In this document: piece by piece, positions 33,401-64,000 of the stretch
How positions within the stretch are numbered: position 1 is the first letter of the stretch
How the letters are laid out: every line of letters starts with the position of its first letter
Source of the DNA: Botryllus schlosseri
Lineage: Eukaryota
Length of the DNA stretch: 64,000 nt
Assembly (NCBI GenBank): GCA_051294905.1
Contig: CM119386.1
Span: 5,456,001-5,520,000 of the forward strand
Direction of reading: 5' to 3'
Position numbers and translations under genes: made by a program
The notes under the pieces: model-generated
Told to the model about the DNA's origin: nothing
The model's input: only the letters and a program-made list of their open reading frames with translations
Databases searched by the model: none

Positions 33401-35508
33401 TGTTACAGCTGTGGAGCGTACTAACACCTTACTCGCCACCGATAATAAGGTAGATAAAAAGAACAAAAACACCAGCATGTAACCAACTTTACTTCATGGG
33501 GGTCACAGAATGCCACTGGTTGCCAGACTGGCTTGATTAGATAGCTATCTATACACCCTACGCAACGCAAGCTACGACCTTTATGATGTAAAACTATTCC
33601 CCACGACAGTTTCATAGATTGTTGCGTCCGTAGGATTACCAAGTCGTCGTTGCGAGTCGCAAGTCATTCTCTGATTTTAACGCTTGATCCGACTCAACTC
33701 AAGTCATTTTTATTTATTCACCCAGTCAATCCGAAACAGCGCATAATTTTACGAAAGGTCGCACCAAACCAAATCACAATTTTCAGTCACAAATCATCAA
33801 CCGGTCATGTTTTATCATCATGAAGTCCAGTGTTGGGATGACTCGAGTCACTTTTTCATATGACTTGACTTGACTCGAGTCACTTCGCTAAAATTACTTG
33901 ACTCGGCGTATCAGAAATGTGGATTGACTCGTGACTCGCAGCAAAATTCACGAGTCAATTTCAAGTCATCAAGTAATCGGTGTCGATAAAAACCACTGTA
34001 TCTTACATATGTTCGGATTGTTCCCGCAACGCTGGTGTAACCTGTGAGAGCGACCAATCATTCAATGATCATGCGTTTTACTGAGCCTCCATTGTTCTCT
34101 CACAAATATATTGATCGCAAACGAAGTGATCGAAGCTTACAGCCTACGTTGTCGTAAACTAGTATAGTAAAGTAATTTAACAGCAAAATGTATATTTCTG
34201 TTCTGTGTTCTTAACTTAACCAAACCTTTTCTGTTATTGCAATTGAATTCGAAAATAGTCCTCAACAATTGGCGCAAGCTCGAATTTTATCATATCAATT
34301 TGCAAAAGGCTGCTGTGTTGCATCTTATCAATTTGTTTCTCTATTTTGGCTGGTAGCTATAAACTGAGGCTGCGCAAGTACTCACGTATTTTATTAGTTC
34401 TACTTATATGTGAGCGATACAGCGCCTTACTTGCGTGTATATTCAACTCTATATTCGTTCATCGGTTCAAAATCAATGACCATTCAATCTGTATTTCAGG
34501 CAGCTAGCGAAATACAATGACTTAATCACGCCTCATACCTCGAAAAGGCAATTGGACTTGAATTGTGACCTGACTCGTGACTTGACTTGACTTGACTCGA
34601 CTCGACCTGACTCGAGTCACCTCCGAAAATTGACTGACTTGACTTGACTAGAGTCACCTTCAAAAAACGATTGATTTGACTTGACTCGAGTCAAAATGTG
34701 CAATGACTCGTGACTCGAAGGTAGTGACTTGATCCCAACACTGTCATGAACTAGAAATGTGACGGAATAGCGGATCTTCTACCGCATGGTATCTTTTAAA
34801 AGTGATGTGATAGTGAAGTTTGTTGAGATTTCAGTGATTTTTATAGCAGTTTTAGGGTGAACTCCAGGTTCTTGTATCTAAAAAAGATATATAGCACTTG
34901 AATCTATTGATGAATACTTCAAATTTCAAAATTCCGTCGCGGGCCGCATGTTTGAGACCTCTGTGTTAGATGATCTCATTAAATTGCCTGAGACAGTTCT
35001 GCAGAACCGGTCCGAACCAGTTGAATCCGACCACATTCCCCAAAAATTCAACTTCCAACCATTTCCTCAACAGCTCAACGACAAATTTTCCAACGCCCAA
35101 CGGGATGAAACGGAATCTCCGGTACCACCGCCGCCATCGCCCGAGCCCACCCCGGGGAGTAAAAGATCGGAATCGGAAACAGCAAACGAGACCAGACGAA
35201 TCACAGGCGCAGCCACGGCACTCGGTCTCGTAGGTTTGCCGAAAAACACATCGACGGAAACCACTCCTGATACCGATACCGGGACTACGCCCACGCCTGT
35301 CGTTAGCAGCGTCAGGAGCACGAGGCCGAGTTTGTCGAGGGGCGCCACAGCTTCGTACACCCCGGACCATATGCCGATTGTGGAAACGCCATATGAGAAT
35401 GAGCTGGATGACGAGCCGGAAGACGTGAATAATTTTGAAGAGAACGTTTCTCGCGATGTCGCAAGAGCCGAGCTTGAAGAGGAAGTTAAAAAACTGGACG
35501 TATCGTAA
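21303..35508 (+). CDS. C9orf43: C9orf43/DUF4647-like protein, spliced gene of ~14 exons, roughly 770 aa, mostly disordered
   Basis: Exons 21303-21466, 21634-21689, 23773-23953, 26044-26301, 27276-27496, 27796-27875, ~28311-28483, 29852-29964, 30031-30140, 30709-30819, 31209-31407, 31612-31705, 32361-32495, 35074-35508. All junctions are phase-compatible except 27875 to ~28300. QTTCGLQVCQHPLCWDT, GLPTLKIL and KMLVWCP parallel remembered human C9orf43 ETTCGLAVCQHPQCWAT, KLPVLTV and MVVLWIP. AATAAA at 35563. Confidence 0.72.
21634..21689 (+). CDS. DUF4647-like exon 2 (LSPIETGELHSDSEDDLY)
   Basis: AACAG acceptor, G|GTAAGA donor; phases 2/1 fit the neighbours. Confidence 0.75.
21996..23023. mobile_element. 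hAT (Buster-like) MITE hosting a SINE
   Basis: CAGGGGTTCTAAA/TTTAAGAGCCACTG ends; perfect TSD TTGTACAC; GGGTCGCG subterminal motifs. Confidence 0.88.
22345..22666 (-). mobile_element. tRNA-headed SINE with a Meta-domain-like central region
   Basis: A box TAGCGTAATGG and B box GGTTCGATCCC, then GGGTCAGACCAAAGAC...AAAACTGGTATCCATGACTTCCCCGCTTGGCGCTCA, recalled as similar to MetaSINE cores. Confidence 0.72.
23152..23618. mobile_element. Kolobok-like non-autonomous foldback element
   Basis: TTAA flanks at 23148-23151 and 23619-23622; ends AGGGGCACTGCACTC/GAGTGCAGTGCCCCT; inverted arms of ~200 bp. Confidence 0.85.
23773..23953 (+). CDS. DUF4647-like exon 3 (LPTLKILNM...LKSYA)
   Basis: TTCCAG acceptor, phase 1; AG|GTAATA donor, phase 2. 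Confidence 0.78.
24301..24762. mobile_element. hAT MITE with TAGG-type ends and AAAAGAGGACA arrays
   Basis: Perfect TIR TAGGCTTACCATA; perfect TSD ATCTATTT; internal duplicated unit with two long poly-A runs. Confidence 0.9.
25112..25873. mobile_element. hAT (Buster-like) MITE
   Basis: CAGGGGTGGCCAACC/GGTTGGCCACACCTT ends; perfect TSD GCATAAAT. Confidence 0.87.
26044..26301 (+). CDS. DUF4647-like exon 4 (MSVDDV...KKMLVWCPSLKSK)
   Basis: TCTTCAG acceptor, phase 2; AG|GTAATA donor. Confidence 0.8.
27276..27496 (+). CDS. DUF4647-like exon 5
   Basis: AAG acceptor in the required phase 2; donor G|GTCAGA. Confidence 0.7.
27796..27875 (+). CDS. DUF4647-like exon 6 (DVLIRVLNQAEENKLITKEQSRILLAR)
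   Basis: TTTTTCAG acceptor, phase 1; donor GTAACA. Confidence 0.68.
28081..28158. mobile_element. Very short Penelope-like pLTR remnant (family D)
   Basis: TTGAATAGTATATTCA...CAATTGTATATTGAAGTTCTGTACCTCCAAGA flanked by the direct repeat ATACATAA. Confidence 0.7.
28311..28483 (+). CDS. DUF4647-like exon 7 (5' boundary uncertain)
   Basis: Open frame RILSLPSSL...KPNPVK with donor AAG|GTATGT; acceptor phase unresolved. Confidence 0.62.
29150..29673. mobile_element. hAT-type MITE family B
   Basis: CAGGGTTGTAAC start, TTACCACACTG end; TSD ATCGCATT/ATTGCATT (7/8). Confidence 0.85.
29852..29964 (+). CDS. DUF4647-like exon 8
   Basis: ATTACAG acceptor, phase 0; open ILDLEYSQ...LMPS; followed by a 66-nt intron. 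Confidence 0.72.
30031..30140 (+). CDS. DUF4647-like exon 9
   Basis: ATACAG acceptor, phase 2; donor A|GTGAGT. Confidence 0.75.
30709..30819 (+). CDS. DUF4647-like exon 10 (SRRKRTPVKYIATLF...)
   Basis: TTTTCAAG acceptor, phase 1; donor G|GTGAAA. Confidence 0.7.
   Translation, partial: GHVESERLSNTSRLCSMKMCPRSSRFTTSKVQGIYF
31209..31407 (+). CDS. DUF4647-like exon 11 (Pro-rich)
   Basis: TACCAG acceptor; open PIPSPPPPSPP...EDEDDA; donor AG|GTATTG. Confidence 0.78.
31612..31705 (+). CDS. DUF4647-like exon 12
   Basis: TTCTGAAG acceptor, phase 2; donor CAG|GTAATT. Confidence 0.68.
32361..32495 (+). CDS. DUF4647-like exon 13
   Basis: ATCAAG acceptor, phase 0; open VNEGEFLEP...NTGEE; donor GAG|GTAAAA. 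Confidence 0.65.
33023..33330. mobile_element. Truncated Buster-like hAT MITE left end
   Basis: CAGAGGTCTCAAACTC...GCGGGCCGCA motifs; right TIR not found. Confidence 0.5.
33828..34743. mobile_element. hAT-type MITE family A, longest copy
   Basis: Perfect TIR CAGTGTTGGGAT/ATCCCAACACTG; collinear with 8762-9547; flanks TCATGAAGTC and TCATGAACTA. Confidence 0.9.
35074..35508 (+). CDS. DUF4647-like terminal exon (LNDKFSNAQ...EVKKLDVS*)
   Basis: CCTCAACAG acceptor, phase 0, within ORF 34948-35508; AATAAA at 35563. Confidence 0.8.
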   Translation, partial: LNDKFSNAQRDETESPVPPPPSPEPTPGSKRSESETANETRRITGAATALGLVGLPKNTSTETTPDTDTGTTPTPVVSSVRSTRPSLSRGATASYTPDHMPIVETPYENELDDEPEDVNNFEENVSRDVARAELEEEVKKLDVS

Positions 35509-35889
35509 TCCCGGTGTTTATTTCGTTCATTTCTTACACGCTATCATTTGCAGTGTTTTGTCAATAAATATCTACAAGTTTCAGTTGAAGTAGGAGCCTC
35601 ATCGATGTAATTTAGATTCCTCTCGGGATTTAAATTTCTTTATTTATCATGCCAGGCAAAATCGGAAAAACCATACTAGTATGCCGATAACTGACAACAA
35701 ACAGGTTCATGCCATCGACACAGAGTTTGTAACCAATTCACAAGTCAATTTGACTTTTATAGTTTTGACTTGGGTCAAGTTGAGTCATATTTAATTTACC
35801 GTAGAGTCAAGTCACGGATCAACAGGTCGAGTCCAAGTCACTTCTGTGAAACTCTCGGTGAAATCCAGGGCATGCACAGTGAACACTGA

Positions 35890-36340
35890 ACACATGCACA
35901 CTGAATGAAAAGGGAATATAAAAGGCAAGCGACAAAATGACGTGGCACGTGGTGATAGGCGAGATCGATATGTTAGATGGTGGTCCGGTAATCTTCAAGG
36001 CTGACTAGTATTCATTTAGAACAGGGGTCACCAACTCAAAATTGGTCAATTTTCCAAGGGGGGAAATTTTCCAACTTGGTAGGAGGTGCAGGCCAAAACA
36101 GCAATATCGAAAGGCAATGGGTCTACGATACTGCTGCTTCACTCAATATACCGTTTCCATAACCTGTTTTCGTCCAGTAGATGTTCTTGGGGGCTACATG
36201 CGGCCCGCGAGTTGGTGACCCCTGATTTAGAAGAAATTGCTTCTATTTCGTCTTGACGACCGTCGGGTAGCCGGCGAGATGCTGTTCCACAATTGGGGTC
36301 CGGTATACTTGATAGAGCAGTGCGTTTTCTTGCATCTGCA
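35890..36340 (-). mobile_element. 3' end of an L2/CR1-group LINE, interrupted by a hAT MITE
   Basis: Minus translation IKYTGPQLWNSISPATR; 3' UTR homologous to 1525-1651. Confidence 0.72.
36022..36224. mobile_element. 203-bp hAT (Buster-like) MITE
   Basis: Perfect 16-bp TIR CAGGGGTCACCAACTC; perfect TSD ATTTAGAA. Confidence 0.93.
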
Positions 36341-38563
36341 GCTGTCAACCATAACCACTTTACCAATGAAAATAAATAGTTGTATCCACACTGTTTTTAT
36401 TCATGTCAATCGATTTGAATCGCCTGAACCAACTCAAAGTGATTTGCATTGCCCATCCCTTCTTGACAATATTTAATTTGTCGTGAGGGCCTGATGGGTG
36501 TGTGATAACATTTTCGAAATGTCACCCTTTTGAAGCAGTGTCAAAGACATCCTGTCACAGAAGCTCAAATTAAGTCAAGGGGAGCTCTTGGATGAAACCA
36601 AATCAATGCCGTATCCCTCAGATGATAACTCAAAACACCAGCTAAATCTGCATCCTCTTTTCTTGCATAAACACCACACACTACCGTCCGTTTTCTACAT
36701 ACAACCTACAATCACAGCCACGGTGGTTAACTAGGCAGCAGCAAGGATTTTCCTACTAATACTTCACTACTGGTTTGAGTTCTGAGGCTGTCAGCTCTTG
36801 ATGATATATTAAGCCTGTGACGTCGCTACTTCCTTTCAAACACTTTCCATACGTAACATCACTGCCAAGTTCTTTCCAATACGCAATATTGCAAATGAGT
36901 TTGGTAATCTATAACGGTAGCAGATCATATTTCATATGCATCGAACATAAGAAACCTGCAATAGACATCACGCAAATAGCAGAACGTAGCGATGTACTTG
37001 GAAGTAAAAACTGTACACTTGAATATTACGCCAGCCAAAACAGAGCAATTGGTCGCCAACTCGCCGGCAGACGAGTCTGTTCCTATGCTTACAACGCCTC
37101 ACAAATTTGGCACATTTCAGAAATTCAATCGATCACTTCATAGCGACACAATTCAGTAGATGCGAGAACGCAAAATTCATATACAACGAAAAAGTCCGAT
37201 CCCGATATCATACCGGTTCAAATAGCAAACAGGATTCATGATCATGATACTGTAGTTACTAAGCTTACACATTGCAACATATTGTGTCTACTCCAGCATA
37301 GCAAATGCTACATAGTAGATCTGTGGGGGAATGCTCCATTTTTTTCATAGCAACTATAAAGGCAAGACAGAACGCAAAATGGCTTGCAATACAAAGAGGC
37401 ACTGTTCTACAGATATCAGCATTGATATTCTGACATGAAGGCCGTCAAGGCATCAACAACAACGCCCACAAACAATTTCACCAGATTATCAACCCCGTAT
37501 TAACGAATGGTTCACAAATAAGGTACTACCGAGCACGCCGGTGATAATGTTAAATGCCAAAAACACGGCACACAGGGTAATGTGCAGTTCTTGGCTGTGA
37601 TTCCCGCAGTCTGCACTGATTTTGAATCCTAAGACTAACAAATCATAGTTCACAACCTGGTATACAATACGACAGTACTATGCTGGGTTGTACGCATCAG
37701 GATTACGTTATTTCAAGAAAACAGTCACACGTTCCATTAGCTCATAGTCACAGACAGCAGTAACCAGCAATTCAATACAGTCTCATGCAAGGACAAACCA
37801 CCCTACCGGATTAAACGAGCATACGGAAAACAAGCTCACAATGCTGGCAGTGAAAAGTAGAGCATATCGTGGCAAATAATCTTTTGCTTCAGCATAACAA
37901 GCTTATTATTTCAAGCGGACCGAAACTGCCAAGATACCAAACTTTTTGAAACTCTGGAACTTTCCGTAAGACCTCCAGTACGTAGTGCCAGGATAGGTTA
38001 TCGCCTTCCAATTTGGAGGCGGCACATTACTAAAACATAGTGTCAAATCCCAGCCGACTGCCGGCTACGAAAAGCGTTAGCACTAAAAGTAACGTTAGAG
38101 CCTGCGATATTGAAAATATGTATAGTTGTTAGCGAAAAGCGTGTTAAGGTATATCATCCTGAGCACATATCTACTTAGATTCTCGGCGTACGCTTAGAAT
38201 ACGACGGCATACAAAAATGCGCGATCCTACAAATTCCACTAGAAAACGTTAATTCCCGTATATATTATCATCGCAATGCCCGATTGCGAGTGAATACTAC
38301 TAAAAGTTTTTCGAGAATGTCACCCGTCGCAAACAGCATTATATAGAAAACAACAGATACAGAATACAGGTATTGCGTCAAATCATGAAATCGGTAGTAG
38401 GTACGAAAATCTTAAAAAACAGCCTACAAGCGTACTGTGCGTCTGTCGAAAATCGGCCCGAACGGGCGTCAAATGCCGCACCGTTTCCGTACGCGGCCCG
38501 GTTTCAGACGTAACTGCGATTGTCCACAAAGTCGGTCGTATCGTGGCTATATCGTCGCGCGAT

Positions 38564-59603
<21,040 letters not shown>

Positions 59604-62600
59604 GTATCCAAATGTACCTGCGCCACTTGGAGTGCCAGGCTAAGTAGAGATCACAAGTTGAGATCAGAGTGATCAACAAGCACGATTGGGTCTTTGAAGG
59701 CACTCAACCGACCTCGAGAGGCTTGTATTTATAGATACCTGTGGTAATCTACTTGCCTATATGGCATAAAAGAGGCTCATCTGGCATCTTGCAGGGCAAC
59801 AGAAGAAATTCCGTAAGTCACAATAACAATTTGTTAGATTAAAAAAGAAATAGTAGCCTACAACCATCAATTGTCTACAGACTTGCCATGCCACACAACT
59901 CAACAAATTTACTTTTATACATCGAAGAAGTCACTATTTCATTTGATTACTCTAGAAATTACAAACCCATGAATTCAATGCAAAAGTAGATTATTGGATA
60001 TTAAACAAAGTCAAGTAAGCGGGCCTGGGAGCGGAGTGTTTTTTTGTGAATTTCATAGTGTTACAATCAACACTACCTAGACGACAGTATTGAGGTCCAA
60101 GTCTTTTTCACTGCTTTTTTTTTAAACCAGAGCAATAAAATTCCATACAGCAGATAAAACCGTTGAATAATCTACATACCTATTTGTACAGTTAAATGAC
60201 CACTTTGTGCGCCAAAGAGAGGTTAAAATCACAACTTAGCCGTGTCTATCACATGGCAAAATATGCTGCAGTATCACTAATTTAAAGAGATCATGTACTA
60301 GTGATTGAACCCAATGCACCTATCTTGAATTGATATGAAAACCACAAGCATTCAATTACAGAAAAGTGGAGTAAGCAATGCTGAAACTAACTAGAGTCAG
60401 TAGGCTGATACCAATTAACGGGTTGATAGTTTTATGAAGTAACACACTGACGAAGTAGGCATCCTAATGGTAACGAATCCTATCAGAGAATTGTACATTT
60501 GACGTCTGTTGAACTACAATATATGAGCACAAATTGCTCTCCGATATAGTACACTATCACTGCAAAACGAATTTTAAGTAGGCTTACTTCTGCCATAAGG
60601 TAGTCCAGAGAAAACTTCTTCAGATACTCAGACTTCAAGCCTGTTCAGTGGTCTTTTCAGGCTGTACTTATCGATAAACAAAAAATGTAGTGTATCCCTC
60701 TATTCAATCTGTAACTGGAATACACAACGGCATGCGATTAGCTGAAATTCAATATTTATTGATGATCAATTGTGTGAGCAGTAACACTCAAACAACTGTC
60801 CACACCAGAGATGTGAGACTCGGTCAGGGGCTATCACTCTGGTTCTGTTTGCTAGAGGTAGGCCAACTTACAAAACGATCAAGTCAAAACGGTCTACGTA
60901 CGCAATAAATTTTCGTCATCACAAAAGTCCACCATAAATAACCTGTACTTGCTCCAAATGCTTTATTCTCTAGTACTGGTATGTTAGTTCGAAACAGTTA
61001 ACGTACAAATACTTTTGATCCACGCCAGTAACTATATAATAGGCCTAGTGCTCAATATAATTCATGCATATTTAAACAGTTATTAAAATTGATACAAGTA
61101 CAAATTGCCAGCACTATTGGTGGGCCAGCAATAAGGATATTGAAAATACACTGGGTTATTGCATAATTAACTCAAAATGTCAGTATAGCCATAGCTTATT
61201 AAACACAAATAGATTCAAGATAAATATTTTCATTGATCAAATATTTCCCTTACCCACACTTAAACCCACACCATGCATGAATGTCTACACCCAGAGTCAA
61301 TCAGAGAAAACATTCGTCCATGGTCAGTAAAATTTAAAATGTAAGCCGCAAGAGGATTCACTTTGTTAACTTTACTTCAGCTAGCAATCAAATGTCAACT
61401 GGAGATGCACTGCCAAGAAGTGTAAAGCCATAACAAAGTTATTTCCATACTTGAGATTGAAACTGCTAATAAGCTGGTGAATACTAAAATCTAGGATTAT
61501 CCGTGGATCAATCCAGATAATTAATTGGCATAATCTAACATGACAGTGAAGGCATACCAAAGGACACAAACTGAAAATCTACCAAGGAAAGTATGAGCAA
61601 TACTTGCACCTGCATAATATTGCTCAAGTTAATGCGGCCTGCATTGTATCAGAGGAAACGTGCTTTCACTCACAAAAGTCTTAAAAATCTATATACAAGT
61701 CACAGCAACATATCTACCGTTTACGGTAGCTTATCAACAAGGCTCTTGTACGCACGGGAGATTTAAGACCAGTGTTGAAATATATATATGATAACTGAAC
61801 CAAGAGGTCACCAATACCATGAGTTGGTTCACACATCTCAATAGTCTGTTACTAGAACTTTAATTCACCTATAAACTAAAATGTGTGCGCTTGCATCAGA
61901 CATTCCAATATAGCGGCAGTTCCTTGAAATTATGGCTGGTACAAATTATAACAATGTTGAACGCATATCGATTAGAGGCATTATAAGGTCAGGTGACCTT
62001 TGTTATGACCAATCAATAGTGTAGCAAATGCTTTGTTACATCCACTTTGGTATTTTACGATCAAAAATTTAGACAACCTATACCTGATTATGAGACGATT
62101 TACAAAACGGCATGCTCTCTTACAGACATTTAGCAACATCAACATTGTCGTAAAGAATATTATTACGACTAATTATAATCATATTTATATCAATTGAAAC
62201 TCTGAATTTGTGGCCTATTATCAAAAAACCTTGTCACTGATATACCAGTTACTGGCACAACCAAGGAGTCATGAATATTATTGTCAGGTTAAATACAATA
62301 TACAGTGTCTGGCTATTCTCATGTACTTTGATAACACAAGAAACTAGTAAACCAACTCAACCATATTCATGCATAACAATTCACGTCATCACATAAAATA
62401 TACATTGAAACAATACAATAGAAACTTGTAGGTTCACAAAGATTATATGTATGAACAAAGACAGATGTTCACAATTCAACAACAACCAGCCATACAATCA
62501 ATGAAACAATACATTTGATTCATCCGTGATAAATAGTGCACTTCGTAAAAACTAAGGAATATGAGTGAAAATAATGAGTCAATGTAGAAAGTAGGCAAGT

Positions 62601-62660
62601 CTAATACTGCAATCAGTGGTGTAAAAAAACACTGTACACACAGCATACAAACTAGAAATG

Positions 62661-62750
62661 TTTGAAGAGCTTCTTGGAGGTACAGAACTTTAATATACAA
62701 TTAAATAGTATATTCATATTCAATTCAATATGAATATACTATTTAATTGT
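62661..62750. mobile_element. 90-bp Penelope-like pLTR end with a terminal hairpin
   Basis: TTTGAAGAGCTTCTTGGAGGTACAGAAC...ACAATTAAATAGTATATTCATATT/AATATGAATATACTATTTAATTGT; 12-bp TSD AAACTAGAAATG. Confidence 0.85.
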
Positions 62751-64000
62751 AAACTAGAAATGGAATACAGAAAATTGTTAGCATAATCTGAACAGGTTAT
62801 TAGTGACCGCCGTTTGGATTTGGAATTTTACTACAGAAGACCAGCATCAGCTCAACATAATCAGCACCACATAGGTATAAAATATAAGAAGGGTTGCGAT
62901 ACCGTGCATATTTTCAAGATTAGTCCTTTTTTTTAAGGCTAATGTTTTATAAAACTACATTGGCCTTATTAATAATATTTGTGTTTATTTACGACTTGTG
63001 TTTTATTTTCAGCACGATTAGTCTACTGATTCAGACTGGGCGAAACTGATGACCTTTTGTCACTAACTTACGAAATAGACCGTTGAGCAGGCGATACTTT
63101 TTCAGTCATCAGTTTACAAATTCACACATTTCGCAGCTAGGCTACCAAGAGTTTTTGGCTGTGTATAGTGTTTGATCCACGTCGATGGCAACCTTGAATA
63201 TAACAGAATAGCTACATACCCACTGCCATGACATCGTATATTTGATCAGATCTGCAGATTGATATAAGTTTGAGAAAATGCAAGAAAGATGAATTGAAAG
63301 CCAGTGAAAGAAGCCCACACAGTGTCGCGAGTTGAAATACGAGTAGATTGATTCTACCATGACAGTAAAATGATTGAGTGATACGCAATGCACAGCTTGT
63401 TCACTGTAAAAGCACAGTCGCCAGACCAAAACTCATCCAATATTTAATATTTACAGATAATTTCTGGAAATTGTTTGATTAGAACATCAAAGTTCTCAAT
63501 CCGCACATAGCTTATAGAATATTAACAAATGACAGATTAGGTGTACAGTACATTTAGATTCAACCACATGCGTAAATTCAACCATTACAAGAAACATGCT
63601 TTCATCGGCCAACCATTGAATGGTTGTTGAATGATTGTGATGCAGAAGTGAAGTGGTATAGGCCTACTGTAACAATTTTAGAGCACGAGTTCATCTATTA
63701 TTTACTGCATCTAACACGAATATCTGCAGTATATATATTACAGTATTGGTACTTGGTATATACACAAATTCCATTGAGAAGAGCTCATGACACATTAATC
63801 TACATTAATTTTGGTTAAGGTTGGGAGGCTACTTGTGTAGGCCTATATGGCCGGGTATCACTCTGGGTTGGGGATCTTGCCAAATCACTATACCCGCTTA
63901 CCTCTACACTTTGATATAATAATAATATAACCCAAATGTGGTATAGGCCTACTGGCCTAGAGAGAGAGAGAGAGAAATTTATTCATGAATCGCAAAATAT

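Noticed and set aside
60000-64000. PKN first exon or promoter
   Set aside because: A donor-like GAG|GTAAGC lies near 63900 on the minus strand, but there is no coding signal or other support; left unannotated.

Overview
AT-rich animal genomic DNA with many short (58-70 nt) spliceosomal introns. An invertebrate chordate such as an ascidian is my best guess, by inference only. I reconstructed four genes by hand from GT-AG sites and reading-frame phase. (1) The 5' end of a probable DCAF (H-box, DCAF17-like) gene runs off the left edge on the minus strand. (2) A TET methylcytosine dioxygenase on the minus strand has about 14 coding exons and ~1390 aa, all catalytic motifs intact and no CXXC domain visible. 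(3) A plus-strand C9orf43/DUF4647-like gene has ~14 exons and lies head-to-head with TET. (4) A protein kinase N (PKN) on the minus strand has 21 coding exons and ~1030 aa (3xHR1, C2-like, AGC kinase). Introns and intergenic DNA are packed with non-autonomous elements: at least ten hAT-type MITE copies with 8-bp TSDs, a Kolobok-like TTAA foldback, a 1.6-kb TIR element with a 6-bp TSD, tRNA-derived SINEs, L2/CR1-group LINE 3' ends and a family of truncated Penelope-like elements. The most notable observation is the minimal type I hammerhead ribozyme in the Penelope repeats, which has a predicted loop II pseudoknot, lies sense to the TET and PKN pre-mRNAs and occurs in tail-to-tail arrangements. 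A recurrent TAGGCCTA motif that appears to be a TA+GGCC+TA insertion footprint is also notable. No database searches or folding programs were run; homology calls are from remembered sequences.
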